Assembly: GCA_964016885.1 (NCBI GenBank)
Contig: OZ024740.1
Location: 124,930,001 to 124,994,000, forward strand
Origin: Eledone cirrhosa
Taxonomy: Eukaryota
Reading direction: 5' to 3'
DNA length: 64,000 bases
Below, one piece after another: positions 13,583-25,724 of the stretch. The notes under the pieces are model-generated. The model was not told the origin of the DNA and did no database searches. It saw only the letters and a list, made by a program, of their open reading frames with translations. The translations under genes were made by a program, and so were the position numbers. Numbering within the stretch: the first letter of the stretch is position 1; each line of letters starts with the position of its first letter.

Positions 13583-13761
13583 GTGGATTGGCAGTATCGG
13601 TAAGGGTTTGACGCCATGCTTTCCAGCATAGTTACGTCCCTTTACGATCTGAGTTCAAATCCCGCCGAGGTTGACTTTGCCTTTCATCCTTACGGGGTCG
13701 ATAAAATAAAGTACCAGTAATGCACTGGGTAATTGCTGGCCTTGTGCCTAAAGTAGAAACA
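13583..13761 (+). mobile_element. SINE family A (tRNA-like head, Meta-domain-like core)
   Basis: tggcagtatcggt (A-box-like), gagttcaaatccc (B-box), gcctttcatccttacggggtcgataaaataaagtaccag; TSD attatttgt. Confidence 0.9.
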
Positions 13762-13777
13762 ATTATTTGTTTTTTAT

Positions 13778-13945
13778 ACAGCTCACACCTATATAGGTTT
13801 AGCTGGCCTCTTATGATGTAATACATATGAAGTTTCTTGGGATGTCTTAATAGTATATGCCTCCTGTCCTCTCATCAACAGATTCTGCATTCAACAGGAT
13901 GTCACTCTGTTGCTGGGTTAACCACCAGCAGCTGCTAGTACTCAT
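13778..13945 (-). mobile_element. SINE family B 3' portion
   Basis: acagctcacacctatataggtttagctggcctc matches 49217-49250. Confidence 0.6.
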
Positions 13946-13959
13946 TTTTGTCTTTTAGT

Positions 13960-14240
13960 TAAGTGGAGAGGTAAATGTGTTGGACTTACAATCTTAATGT
14001 CGTGAGTTTAATTCCTGGACTGGGTAAAGTGTTGGATTCTTGAGAAAAACACTTAATTTCCCATTGCTCCAGAATACTCAGCTGAAAATGAATGCCAGCA
14101 GTCGGTGGGGATTTAATCCTGTGATAAACTGGTGTCTTGTCCATGGGGGAAGTCTTGTACTTTCAGTCACTTAATGCCATGAAAACTGGGATAAACACTG
14201 GCCAGATGAACGATTGGGATCAAGACAGACTTTAGGCTTT
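13960..14240 (+). mobile_element. SINE family B, degenerate
   Basis: gtcgtgagtttaattcctggactggg...cttgagaaaaacacttaatttcccattgctccagaatactcagctg. Confidence 0.7.
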
Positions 14241-14607
14241 TTATTAGTAGAGGAGTTATAAGAAATGAAGCAACTCACTCAGGAACACATGCTGCTCAGC
14301 CTAAGGAATTGAAGCAACAAACTTATGATCATGATTCCAACACACACAAATTCCATATATTTTTAGTAGGAATTGATTTTTTTTACTATGGAACAAATAA
14401 AGGTCCTCATAATTCTTAAAATAAAAAAAAATGAATTTGAATGATTTACATAGACCTGCTTGCACTATGCAGTGCTGAAGAATACAATGTGACCTGACCT
14501 AACCTCCCACTTCCACTAGCACTCTGTAACAGTTATTCTCAACTCACTACTTCAAACCCCCAACACACACATATTCCTGTCCCCCCCCCCCACCTTGTGA
14601 AGTGAGA

Positions 14608-15107
14608 AAACAAAACAAAAAAAATTGTATTTTTCTCTATTTTCCTTGGTGAATATATCACTGAGTTGTCAGTATGTTCTGAGAATGCCAGACAGTTGCT
14701 TCAAGATGTGTTAATCTCCTATCAGTGACACATGCACAGAACGTATTGGCTTAAAATAGACTATAGACTATATAGAATTTTGCATGATGATCACATGATA
14801 ATAATCCTCCTTTGCATATAGCAAAACAGAATACATCTGCTAGTTGTGGTCCTTTTCATATAGTATGAACTTGGCAGTATATTTAATTGCTGGTAGCATT
14901 AAGACAGCATATAAGTGTAATAGCGGCATATATGAAAACATGTACATAATACACTCATATACAAAATAAACATTTGGATAGCATCACAGCCAGAGAATGA
15001 TATATTTTTACGTAACAAAACGAAATGAAAATAAATTATGTTTTTCTCTATTTTCTTTTGTGAATATATCACTGAGTTGCCAGTATGTTCTGAGAATGTC
15101 AGGCAGC
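14608..15107. repeat. Direct repeat ~70-90 bp (14608-14696; 15014-15107)
   Basis: tttctctatttt.....gtgaatatatcactgagttg(t/c)cagtatgttctgagaatg occurs twice, ~412 bp apart. Confidence 0.9.
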
Positions 15108-15113
15108 TCTTTC

Positions 15114-15145
<32 letters not shown>

Positions 15146-15833
15146 AAAAGGTAAATGGATATAACAAAACAAACAGTTCAGTACATAGAAGAAATAGATT
15201 AGCTTAATGCTTGAAATAGCGGGAAGATAGTCTTAACGTTTTGGACACTAGTCCTTCATCAGATGATAGAATTATAAATAGAAGATAAATAGAAAGTAAA
15301 GACTGATAAAGGGAAGGAAGGTGGAAAATAATTTAAAAACACAAAACAAAAAAGGCACACAAGTCAAAGACAATGAACAAAACAGCCAACCTTCATTATT
15401 TTGGTGAATTAATGTTGATACTATTCATTCCGGTGCACATTGGGATACAACAAAACAGGGAAAGACAGGACAAGTTGTGTAGTTCAGCGAATTTCACAAA
15501 TAAAGATAAGAATTCCTACAAACCAATGCATTTAAACGGAAAGAGAGAGAAATATGGCACATGGTAACTTAGTCAAAAGTAAAAACAGAGAAATTAAGAA
15601 AATAGAAAATATATATTTGGACTACTGTCTTGTATATGAAAGCAAACAGGAATAACAGGGAAGAAAAGAAGAAGCAAGAAAAAAGTAAGGATGAGAGGAA
15701 GATAGATATCAGGTAGTGTAAAGTCTAATTCTTTTATACGTTCACAAAAGGCTCATGTGGCCAAGAATATCGAATGTGAATAAGAAAAAATGGAGAGTGG
15801 GTGCACAAGACAAAGACAACAAAAAAAACAATG

Positions 15834-15920
<87 letters not shown>

Positions 15921-16093
15921 AGTCATAACGAATACAACATATATAGAATATAAAAATTTCATTCAAAACACAAAGGGGGAAAAAACGACTTAATTTTATA
16001 TTAATTATTAATAGAGATATGAATATTACATAGATTTTAGTGAGATACATCAGATAGTTCCCGAGAGAATTTCTACAATTTATCATTTAATCT

Positions 16094-16136
<43 letters not shown>

Positions 16137-17189
16137 TTTATACTATGTTTGTTTTGAAGTGCAAGTGTATATTTGTGTGTCAGTGCATGTGCGTGTGTAT
16201 TCGTATGTATGTGTTATATAAACAATAGATTTTCATTGTTTTTATTCATGTATTCAATTATGCGTATATATTTAGTATATTTGTATCCAGTACAATTATA
16301 TTGTGTGTGTAAGTGATGTGAATATAAGAGCAGAGGGATATATTTACTTGAACATTGGTAATATTTATGTATATTAAGTGTCAATGAATTACCATCTGGT
16401 TTTTAAAGGTGATTAAAAACAAGAGTTCATGAATGGTGTTGTTCTTGTTGCAATTGATAATGATGATGATGGCAGTAGAGATAGTGATGAAATTGTTCTC
16501 TTCATTAGCTTTAGTGCAATTGTTACAATTAATGGTAAAAACAATGGTGATGGTGATCATGTAATATTTTTGTAGATTTATATATTGCAATTTGTAAACA
16601 ATAATATGGTTGTTGTAGATTCCCAACCAGCCAATTACAGGGTCAGTACATCTTGAGAGAGAGAGAGAGAGAGAGAGAGATGAAGGAGTATCTGTATAAC
16701 CCACAACGTCCTTTGAAGAGCACCATTTTTTCACTAATTCTTTTATTTTTCATTCTTTTACTCGTTTCAGTCATTTGACGGATTTAGTCCAATGATTCTC
16801 AACGTAAGCCTGATAATCTTTTTAAATGTGCTTGCAGTTGGCCCAAGGAAAATAGCTGGGCTTTCACATTTATATATTTTTTTTTCCACTGGCATAAATT
16901 ATGAAAAGACACACTATTTAACTTTATTTTAAAGGCAAATAATCCAGAAAATAGTCAGGATTTATATTTTCTACTATATTTTACTTTTATAAATAAAATG
17001 TATTTCCTGTTGCATTGAATTTCTATTCTTGCTTATATGAGTCTGAAATGTTTTGACACCAAAAATAGGCCAGAATGAAGAAAATGTTGAGAAACACTGA
17101 TTTAGCCAATCATATAAAACTGAGTTCTAATTTTTCAAAGTCTGGTATGTATTTTTTGAATCTCTATTTGTCAACCCTCGTCAAGAATA

Positions 17190-17800
17190 TCTATAATTAG
17201 TTATCCACGTTATGATCATCTGCTCTGTCATTTTAGGCATCATGTATTTAGGATGGTCATTGAATAAGTCCACCTTTAGAAAATGATAGTGTGTGATATG
17301 AAGGAATTTTGGTTGCTATATTTAGCAAGTAAAGTTAAAATATAAAGCTTACTCATTGCACCATAATGTTGGTGTTGTTGTTTAAACCCAGATGAAACTT
17401 GATTGAGCAGACCTATGTTTAAAAAAGAATTCAGCATTGATCATCCTTTTTTAGAAGATATATAGGACTACATTATCCAATATATCTTTCCTTTCTTTAC
17501 GATGTTGGGTTGCGATATGAGAGAAATCTTGCTGTTATTTCTAATAGCTTGAGCAACTAAATTTAAGTTTATTGTTGCTCCATAATTTTGTTGTTAGTGT
17601 TTAGCCACAGGTTAACTGAAATATGCAGACTTATGACAAAAACGTGCTAACCATGATTATTTATTTTTTTAAAGATATCAAAAATTACAATATCCAATCC
17701 AACCTTTGCCTTTTTATGGTTCTATGATATGATATGAAGGTCACTTAGATGCTATTTCTAGCAGATTGAATAACCAAGTTTAAGCTTTTTCATTAGCTTG
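17190..17800 (-). repeat. Tandem array of the ~218-bp old repeat (~2.7 units)
   Basis: gatatga(a/g)..g...gct(a/g)t(a/t)ttt anchors at ~17295, ~17514 and ~17731. Confidence 0.8.
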
Positions 17801-19878
17801 TAATGTCTGTGATGATTATAATAAAAGGAGTGGGAAGTGAAGTTATTAATGAAGTAATCTTACTGATGTTGTTGTCTACGTCAAGACAGTTGTGTAAATA
17901 GTGGTGGTCATGGTAAATAGTAATGATAGATTTCAGCCAGACTGAAAATGTCAAAAATCTCAACATGATCATTCCATTGTCACTTGTTTGTATTTGTTTT
18001 GTCTCTTTCATTACTTTTTAAATATTTTCCCCTGGGTACCTAATAATTTATCATGACTGTCAAATTTGGTCATCCCACAATTCATTCCACCTCCATCCTC
18101 TTGCATTAAATCTGAAACAAATATAACAAACATTTTATGAAAGAAATACATCATCATTATCATCGTTTAACAGTTGTCATTCCAAGCTGGTATTGGTAGA
18201 AAGGGTCATCAAAACTAAGTCAGAATTTAATCAGAGCTAGTATATATTTTATCATGGCTCAGCACCAGGGAGTTTGGCCATGTCCTAGACAAAACTGAAA
18301 TGTCTTCTCAATCATTTGTTTGGCATGGTTTATATGAATGGATGAGTTTCCTAATCTCAGCCACCTTAGAAAGTGTATGTTGAGCTCTGGTGTTACCAGT
18401 TACAAATTTGTACTAGGTGACTTTTATGGCTCCAGCTTTAACAAAGTAAGATGATTTTTAGAACAGAGGTAAGCTCCTTGTGAGATGAGCTGAGTTCATG
18501 ACAAGAGCTCAGTTCTTATTACTTCACAATACTTTACATTGTTAAAGATTTTCAGAAAAGGGTGAACCTTATACCATTTCATTTCAAACCTCTCTTTCAA
18601 TAACATTGGGTTGAACATTTAAAGACCAACTGATTAAGAAAATAATAATGTTAGATCGGTGGTGTTGCTTAGATCTGAGTTAGATGTAATGCAATGGAGC
18701 ATACCATCATATTTCCTAGCTATGTGTATCTAGGACGTTATTATATCCTAATTTTGAAATGATAATATGTGGCTGCTCTTTCTAGCCAATCAAGTTGCTA
18801 CACTGATGCTCCCTTGTTGGCTCATAGAGGCTGTTATACGAGATGACACTGATGAGGGAAGGATAGAAAGGATTTGAAAACTTTCTATCATATTATAATA
18901 TACATTATAAGCACTAATTTTGATGCTGAATAGATGCTTGCATTATGGTTAATATCATTTATATTAAAATCTTACACATCGATTTGAAGCCTCCAGTCGT
19001 TGAAGAGGGCTGTAACACTAAATAAGAAATAGCTAGGAGTTTAATGACTCATTCAATCCATCCCAGCATGGAAATTGTGATGGTGATTATTATGATAGAA
19101 TGAATGACAGACAGATAAATATTGTTCTCAGTTGTTATATCATTTAAAGTTAATACTCAACTTTAATAATTTGTACATTTTGTCACCATTGTGATTTTAT
19201 TGTATTTGACATCCTTAATTCCTGAATAGATAGGTTAAAGTCTTTTTCCAAACCAAAGTTAAACATAATGAACTATTTACATGCTTTGAAAGCTTTGCAA
19301 TTAGATTATGATTTAGTAGTATTTGCCAAGGGTAGTATAAAATGCTCCAGCTGTATGAAACAGCTTCAGGAATTACTGACAAAACCAAGTCAACAAGGTC
19401 AGCAATTGACTTGCATGTTATTGTACAAGAAGCAGTAAAATCTCAATTCCTTTTAAATTTAGAAACTACTACTGATGATGATGGTGATGTTAAGGAAATA
19501 GTTAAACAAAGCTACCAGCATAGCAAACAGGAAATTATATATATTATATATATAAGACGGTGTGTCACATGTTATGAAATAACAGGTGACACACTAAATT
19601 GTTTGTTGCCTTAAATTTATTCCAAAGACTACTGCCCTTCTTGCATTATCATAGCCCTAGAATAACATGCTACTTTATGTATACTCTCAGGTCCCAAATA
19701 ATAGGGTGGAGTAGCAGGAGAGTTGGAATAAGCAGGAGGAGATAAGAGGGGGAGGGAACGATTATTTGAGATCTGAGAGTAAATATCACCTACACAGTTC
19801 CAAGATCATCAAATGATTCTAAGAGTGTACAGGTGAAACTCCAGAGAAACACGAATCACCACTTAGCCATAGTAAATG

Positions 19879-19913
<35 letters not shown>

Positions 19914-19914
19914 T

Positions 19915-20260
19915 AATTATCACCATTTAACATCTATTTTTCCACATTAGCATGGGTTTAACGAGTTGTCTTGTGAACAATGTCAGGTCAGGTAGCCATG
20001 TCTTGCTCCTACAGAACTGACTTTGGCTTCATTTCTCCAGCTGGATTCTGTTCATAGCAATAATCACATTGGCTGGGAGGTTTCCTAGAAGATCTTGACA
20101 GCTTTTGTTTCCATGATGACTTAATCAATAGTTGGGGAGAATGCTTTGAAAGGGAATTAGCAAAAGTAACAACAAGCTAGAAGTTTAAGGGACTAGTACC
20201 TCCCAGAGTGAAGGGTAGACTATATGTTTCCTGTATGTAAACTGTAATGCTATATGGCAA
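19915..20260. mobile_element. RTE fragments: 3' UTR (-) and an ORF piece (+)
   Basis: catttaacatctatttttccacattagcatgggtt tail, then an RVKGRLY..C..TVMLYG-like peptide. Confidence 0.65.
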
Positions 20261-20269
20261 CTATATAAA

Positions 20270-21211
20270 GAGTATCTTTCAGGCAATGGACTGGCCAAAT
20301 ACTACAGGAGGCTCCTGTATCTATGAGGAAACCTCTTCCCGACATAAAGTCCTTAATGAAGAAATGGCGGTTTGGTGGCTTTATGTTGAGGTCCACTACC
20401 CCCATCAGCAGACCTCTTAGGCATTTCCCGCCTTATGAAATGAGCAAGGTTGCACGCAGTGGTTCGCTCTCTCGGCGAATTGCTCATGGTACCAGCATAA
20501 AGATGAAGCTGGTGATTTGGAACGGCATCTAAAAGATTGAGATCTCCCGCGGCTGTGGGGGCGCGAACGGGCACCAAACCAGGCCTTCATCTTCTGGAGC
20601 TCCAGGGTGAGTTCCTGAATGGACTCCTGCATCGCCATAATGGCTTAGCCGTCTATTGGCGCTGCCGCATAGATGGCATGGCCAAGTGTGGTGCGAGCTG
20701 GATGGTGAACAGCGGCAAGGGGTTCGTTGCCTCTGGCACCCATCACTTCAAAAACTTTGTCCGCAGAGGCGGCAAGCTGATCCACCGTGCAAGTATCCCT
20801 AATGGGGGCCAAAATTGCCTGTCCGTTGGTCGGTAGGCGCGAGAAGAACAACTGCTTCAGCAGGGCACTTTCCGCTACCGACCCCTCCGTTAGGTCCTTC
20901 ATTTGCCTTAGGAGGTTCAATGGGGTGCCATCTCCTATATGCTCCAGATGGACCAGAGCCCTAAACCTTTTTACTGCAGACTGTGCAGTCCAGCTGAGTA
21001 TCTCAGCCTTCAGAGACGTGTACGTCAAGTCTGTGGGTGCCTCTAATACCAGGTGCTTAATCGCTGGGAGAAGTGCCGGCGGAATTGCACTAAGGATCAG
21101 AGGACATTGTAGTGCCTCGTCAACTCTTTTCGCCTCGAAATATGCTTCGAGTTGGGTGAACCATAGCCTTACGTCACTCGTGTACATTGGTAGAACAGAG
21201 TGAGAAGCCAT
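20270..21211 (-). mobile_element. Gypsy (Mag-like) LTR retrotransposon gag-protease remnant
   Basis: ORF 20645-21211 LPMYTSDVRLWFTQLEAYF...LLKQLFFSRLP; ORF 20417-20638 LCWYHEQFAERANHCVQPC zinc motif; manual frame FFIKDFMSGRGFLIDTGASCSIWP (aspartic protease). Frameshifted. Confidence 0.92.
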
Positions 21212-21416
21212 TGGTATACCGTAGGTAATTTACCAAGAACAAAAAAAAATAATAATCGTCTCCGTTTGGAAAAATGTCTCCAACACAACAGAAAAGGAAA
21301 ATAAAATCGCTTATTTTTCTCTGTCAAACAACTGGACAGGAAAAATAATGCATCCGGGACAATATGCAAAGAAGCGACTAACTGAGTGATGTTATTACTA
21401 AGGTATATTACTAAAG

Positions 21417-21604
21417 TGGCGGTGGATTGGCAGTATTAGTAGAGGGTCGGATGCCATGCTTTGGCGCATAGAGTTACGGCCCTTGCCATTCTGAGTTCAA
21501 ATCCCGCCGAGGTTAACTTTGCCTTTCATCCTTACAGGGTCGATAAAATAAAGTACCAGTAATACACTGGGTAATAGCTGGCCTTGTGCCTAACGTAGAA
21601 ACAG
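21417..21604 (+). mobile_element. SINE family A
   Basis: Full-length copy; gttattactaaggtata on both sides. Confidence 0.92.
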
Positions 21605-21934
21605 TTATTACTAAGGTATAGGCAGGGAACTTAAAACAAAATCCAACACAGTGGACTATTTGATGGAGAAGAAAGCCGCCATCTTGTCATCCTCAAATTT
21701 TTTAGCCAGAGAAAAGGAGAAAAGAAGAAAAAACATTCGTACAATTGCTGTTTGTTTGTGTGTAAATAACTTTAGGTGTTCGTTTTGACATATAAAGAGT
21801 TTGATGTTAAGTGTTACAGAGAAATATGTTTAGCTTGGTCAATACAGCCATATCAGAATCAAGTGAGTTGTTCTGTATTAAATATTTTTTTTTATATACA
21901 CATGGTACCGTTTCCCATTCTTTTTTTTTAAAAC

Positions 21935-22570
21935 GTCGGAGCGAGTACCTTCCTATTGTGTTGTTAAGAATTCGGTCATCAATAAAGGAGGACCATGGGT
22001 TCTCCCCGGCCGAATTACTGTATGGTGCTCCTCTAGCGTTGCCTGGGCAAATGCTTGCCCCTGTTGATCTTGCTTTCCAGGACCCTGTTTCCTACATATC
22101 TCGTTTGCGCTCCTATTTTCAGGACTTACCGCCCATGAATACTAGGAAGCAAACTATTAAAGCTGCAGTCCCGAGGGATATTGTGTTCGTAAGAAACGAT
22201 GCCGTGAGACCACCTCTCACACAACCGTACTCTGGACCCTGCCGTGTGTTAGCTCGTTCTGATAAACATTTCACTGTAGACATTAAGGGATCCAGAGAGA
22301 CCATTGTGGTTGATAGACTTAACGGGCCCACACAGATGCTCACACACCTGAGCCACATACACCCCCATCTTTCTCTTTTGCACACACACCTGTTTCTTTG
22401 CCCCCCCACACACACACACCAAGATACAAGACTATGACCCATTCTGGACGAAGAGTCCACTGGCCCAAGGAACTCTTCCAAACTTTTATCATATGAACTG
22501 ACCACTGGAGCCTTTTTGGAAACAAACTCTGCCAAACTGTTTTCATGTGAACTGGCCACTGGAGCCTTTT
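21935..22570 (+). mobile_element. Gypsy integrase C-terminal fragment (GPY/F region)
   Basis: LPIVLLRIRSSIKEDHGFSPAELLYGAPLALPGQM...VFVRNDAVRPPLTQPYSGPCRVL...VDRL. Confidence 0.9.
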
Positions 22571-23086
22571 TTTGGTTTTTCTCTTTATTGTATTACTATG
22601 TACCTTTTCTTTACCATTTCATGCCTGATTGCATACATGTACCTCTTGCATTGATATTTCATGCCTGTGCTGGGAGCCCATGCTTGTGGGTTCACTACAG
22701 TAGAATGCTCCCCATGCTTTCTGAAAAGTGATTAGTCATAGGAAGTGTCTCCAGCTGTAGAACATTTGTCAAAGCAAGAGTAGAGGAACACTACAGCTTT
22801 ATCATGTACTGAAGACAACAAGAGTTGGACATATGAAAATATACTGACACAAGTGGATCATTCCAAGTAAAGAGCATATTAAATATGCGTAAAGTGATGC
22901 AGACCCCAAAATTAATTCTAAAAAGTGAAGGTAATATAGGAAATATCTGAAGCAATAGAGATGGGTGTGGTTTAGAGTTTAAAAAGAATATTACATGTGC
23001 TATGAAATTCATTCTTATTTTATCATTTGTCAGAACTCCTCAGAAAGAATTATGGAAAATAATATAATCCTTTCTGGTGGGAATGA

Positions 23087-23389
23087 AGCAAAGTGGCAGA
23101 ATTGTTAAAGCATCAGATAGAATAACTTGTGGACATTATTATGGCGCCCCACTTTATGTTCAAATTCCTCTGAGGTCAACTTTGCTTTTATTAAGTTAAT
23201 AGGGTGGTAGATTGGCAGTATCGGTAGAGGGTCAGATGCCATGCTTTGACGCATAGAGTTACGGTCCTTGCCATTCTGAGTTCAAATCCTGCCGAGGTTA
23301 ACTTTGCCTTTCATCCTTACGGGGTCAATAAAATAAAATACCAGTAATGCACTGGGTAATTTCTGGCCTTGTGCCAAAAGTAGAAACAA
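23087..23389 (+). mobile_element. Old partial SINE A followed by a young full SINE A (23203-23389)
   Basis: Two gttcaaat.c...gaggt(c/t)aactttgc blocks; TSD attaagttaatag around the second. Confidence 0.88.
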
Positions 23390-25019
23390 TTAAGTTAATA
23401 GATAAAATACCCAAATAAACACTTCTCTTCTTTCTCCCACGCTCTTGGAATTGGACACATTGTCTCATGAAAAGAGCCATGGGAGTCTGCTCACAACATC
23501 CCTTTCTCCAGGAATGAAGAATGGTTAAACAAGGACTAACAATCTCTTTCTATAGAAAACTGATATGCTACTGAAAACATCCAAGCAGTTCAGTGTGGAA
23601 CTGAAATCTAGAAGAAATAGGTACATAGACACAACAATGTATATATCAGACTGACCATCATCCCCTTGAAATTATAAAAAAAAACAATGAAATGAATAAC
23701 TCACATCTAAGCAGGTTGCATCTCATAGAAAGCATCTCAGGTGTTTTAATGATAGGGTTCCCACTCCTATCATGAAGAGTTCTTGGACTGCATCTACAAC
23801 CATATGATCATAAGTCCAGTAGCTCAGCCAATAGGCCATGCACTTTTGCATTTGAAATAAGGTAGTTGTCATCATCAGACAATGTTACTCGACCTTCAAT
23901 AGTGTGACCTACAAATTGCATATATGTCAGCCGAACAGCTCTTGTAACAAATATTTTCAGTAGAGTACATTTGTTTTTAATAGGTGTCAACTACTCCAGC
24001 ATATAGTTTGTGCTGGTAGCATAGGAAAATAATATAAAACCATTATAGTGTGGCAGAAAGTGATAACCAAAATAATTGATCTGATAACCAAAATAATTGG
24101 TGTGATTAGTAGGTCAATAACTGGCTATATTACCAGGTCTACCAAAAATCTATCCAGTCTTGACAAACTATTTGTGTTATCAATTATGGATCCAAATAAT
24201 TGAATATATACTATATCATTCAAGTGTGAAATGAATTATCTGACAATTAGATTGAAATTAAATAGTTTCTAAATCCATTGATATAAAATGGCTTGATAAA
24301 TAATAGAAATGCATTTAACTGCTTTTTATAATTAATTTAATTTTAATACCACTAATTATATAAACCAAATTTAATAATTCTAATTTACTACTTGTAAAAC
24401 TACTACTACAAGTACTACTACTACTACATCATCATCATCAATATCATTTAGCATCTGTTTTCCCTGCTAGTTATATGATAGATTGATGAGAGAGAGGCCA
24501 AGAAATATTTATTAAATATCCTTAATATTCTGAGAGCATGACACAGGGTATTACAGTTTACATTACAGATGTAGCAAATAAAAAAAAACAGAGTAAAAAG
24601 AATAAAAACAAGAGATTACTAAATTTCATTTAGTATAGATTGTAAATATGGAGAGAAAATAAAAAAGAGTATACAAATTAATGTAGCAACTTGCTTTGAA
24701 CTAGAAATAAATTTAGATACTTTACCTTCTTAGACTGTAAAAATAGAGTTGATGAAAATAACATCTCTGAGCATCCCATCTTTTGTTCATATCAAGATTG
24801 TATCTCATCCTTATCCATTACCCTTGGGTGAAACAGCAAGCACAACTTCATGGCAACAGTTTCTGTTTCCCATTAATGTTTGTTGGTCTTCCTAGTCAGT
24901 TCCAGTGTGTCTTGCTTGCTATGGTATCCTGGTGTCTGAGCTTTCTGGTAGAGGAGATCTCCCACAATAGAGGTCTGAAACCATTTCATCTTTTGCACAG
25001 AAGCAGTGACCAGCAAAAC

Positions 25020-25320
25020 TTTAAATCAGTCACACACTTAAGGATTGTATTGTCCGATGTATTCTTCCATTTTTTAAAAGATGGCAGGGTATAATTTGAC
25101 TGCTATTTCTGACTGGCTAAGCCACCACATAGAGGCTTCCTCTTGCACGTTGATATTTATCATTATGTTGATCCTGATCAAGCATATCTATAATCAAAGT
25201 TATTCCAGTCATAACCATCCTATCTTTTTTTTCCAACAAGTGTGATTGGGACTACGTTATCCAATGACTCCAAACATTTTTCAAGACAGCAATCGTATTG
25301 GGATGGGGAAGATTTTTCCA
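25020..25320 (-). repeat. Copy of the ~218-bp old repeat
   Basis: tttgactgctatttctgactggctaagccaccacatagaggcttcctc...ccctgatcaagca-like block and ggactacgttatccaatg. Confidence 0.7.
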
Positions 25321-25724
25321 CACAGAAATTCAAACTGAACATTAAACCTCATATATCTTACAAGTAGGGGAAATTAAAATGCTAAGGTATTTATTTTTCA
25401 ATCTACGAGGCAAGCAAGTTGTTTTATCATATTCTGCTTATAATTTCTGTATGATTCATCTATTTTTCTTTGCCGTTCATAGACATAGACATCTAGACTT
25501 TCTTAGAGACAAATGTATTTATACTTACTTATCTATCTCACATTCCTCCCCACCGTAACACACCACCATAGACTCACTGACCAATCAAACCACAACATAC
25601 CTTCATCCAACACTTGCAGCAACAAATACTACTACTAGTTTTCTTTTTTAACCATTCTCCTGTCGAGAAATCTTTGTCTGTCATTATCTAAGGATGAGCT
25701 GAAGATGATGAACAACTTTGAATG

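Noticed and set aside
13583-13761. tRNA gene
   Set aside because: A/B-box-like motifs present but no cloverleaf; multi-copy with TSDs, so a SINE.
18845-18890. ctgatgag...gaaa as a hammerhead
   Set aside because: No stems I, II or III.
20787-21203. 138-aa + strand ORF (similarly 22119-22559 and 56741-57241)
   Set aside because: Antisense shadows of transposon ORFs.
24720-24990. Candidate - strand exon or 103-aa + ORF
   Set aside because: No recognisable protein, stop in the frame tried, and it resembles a decayed retroelement UTR.
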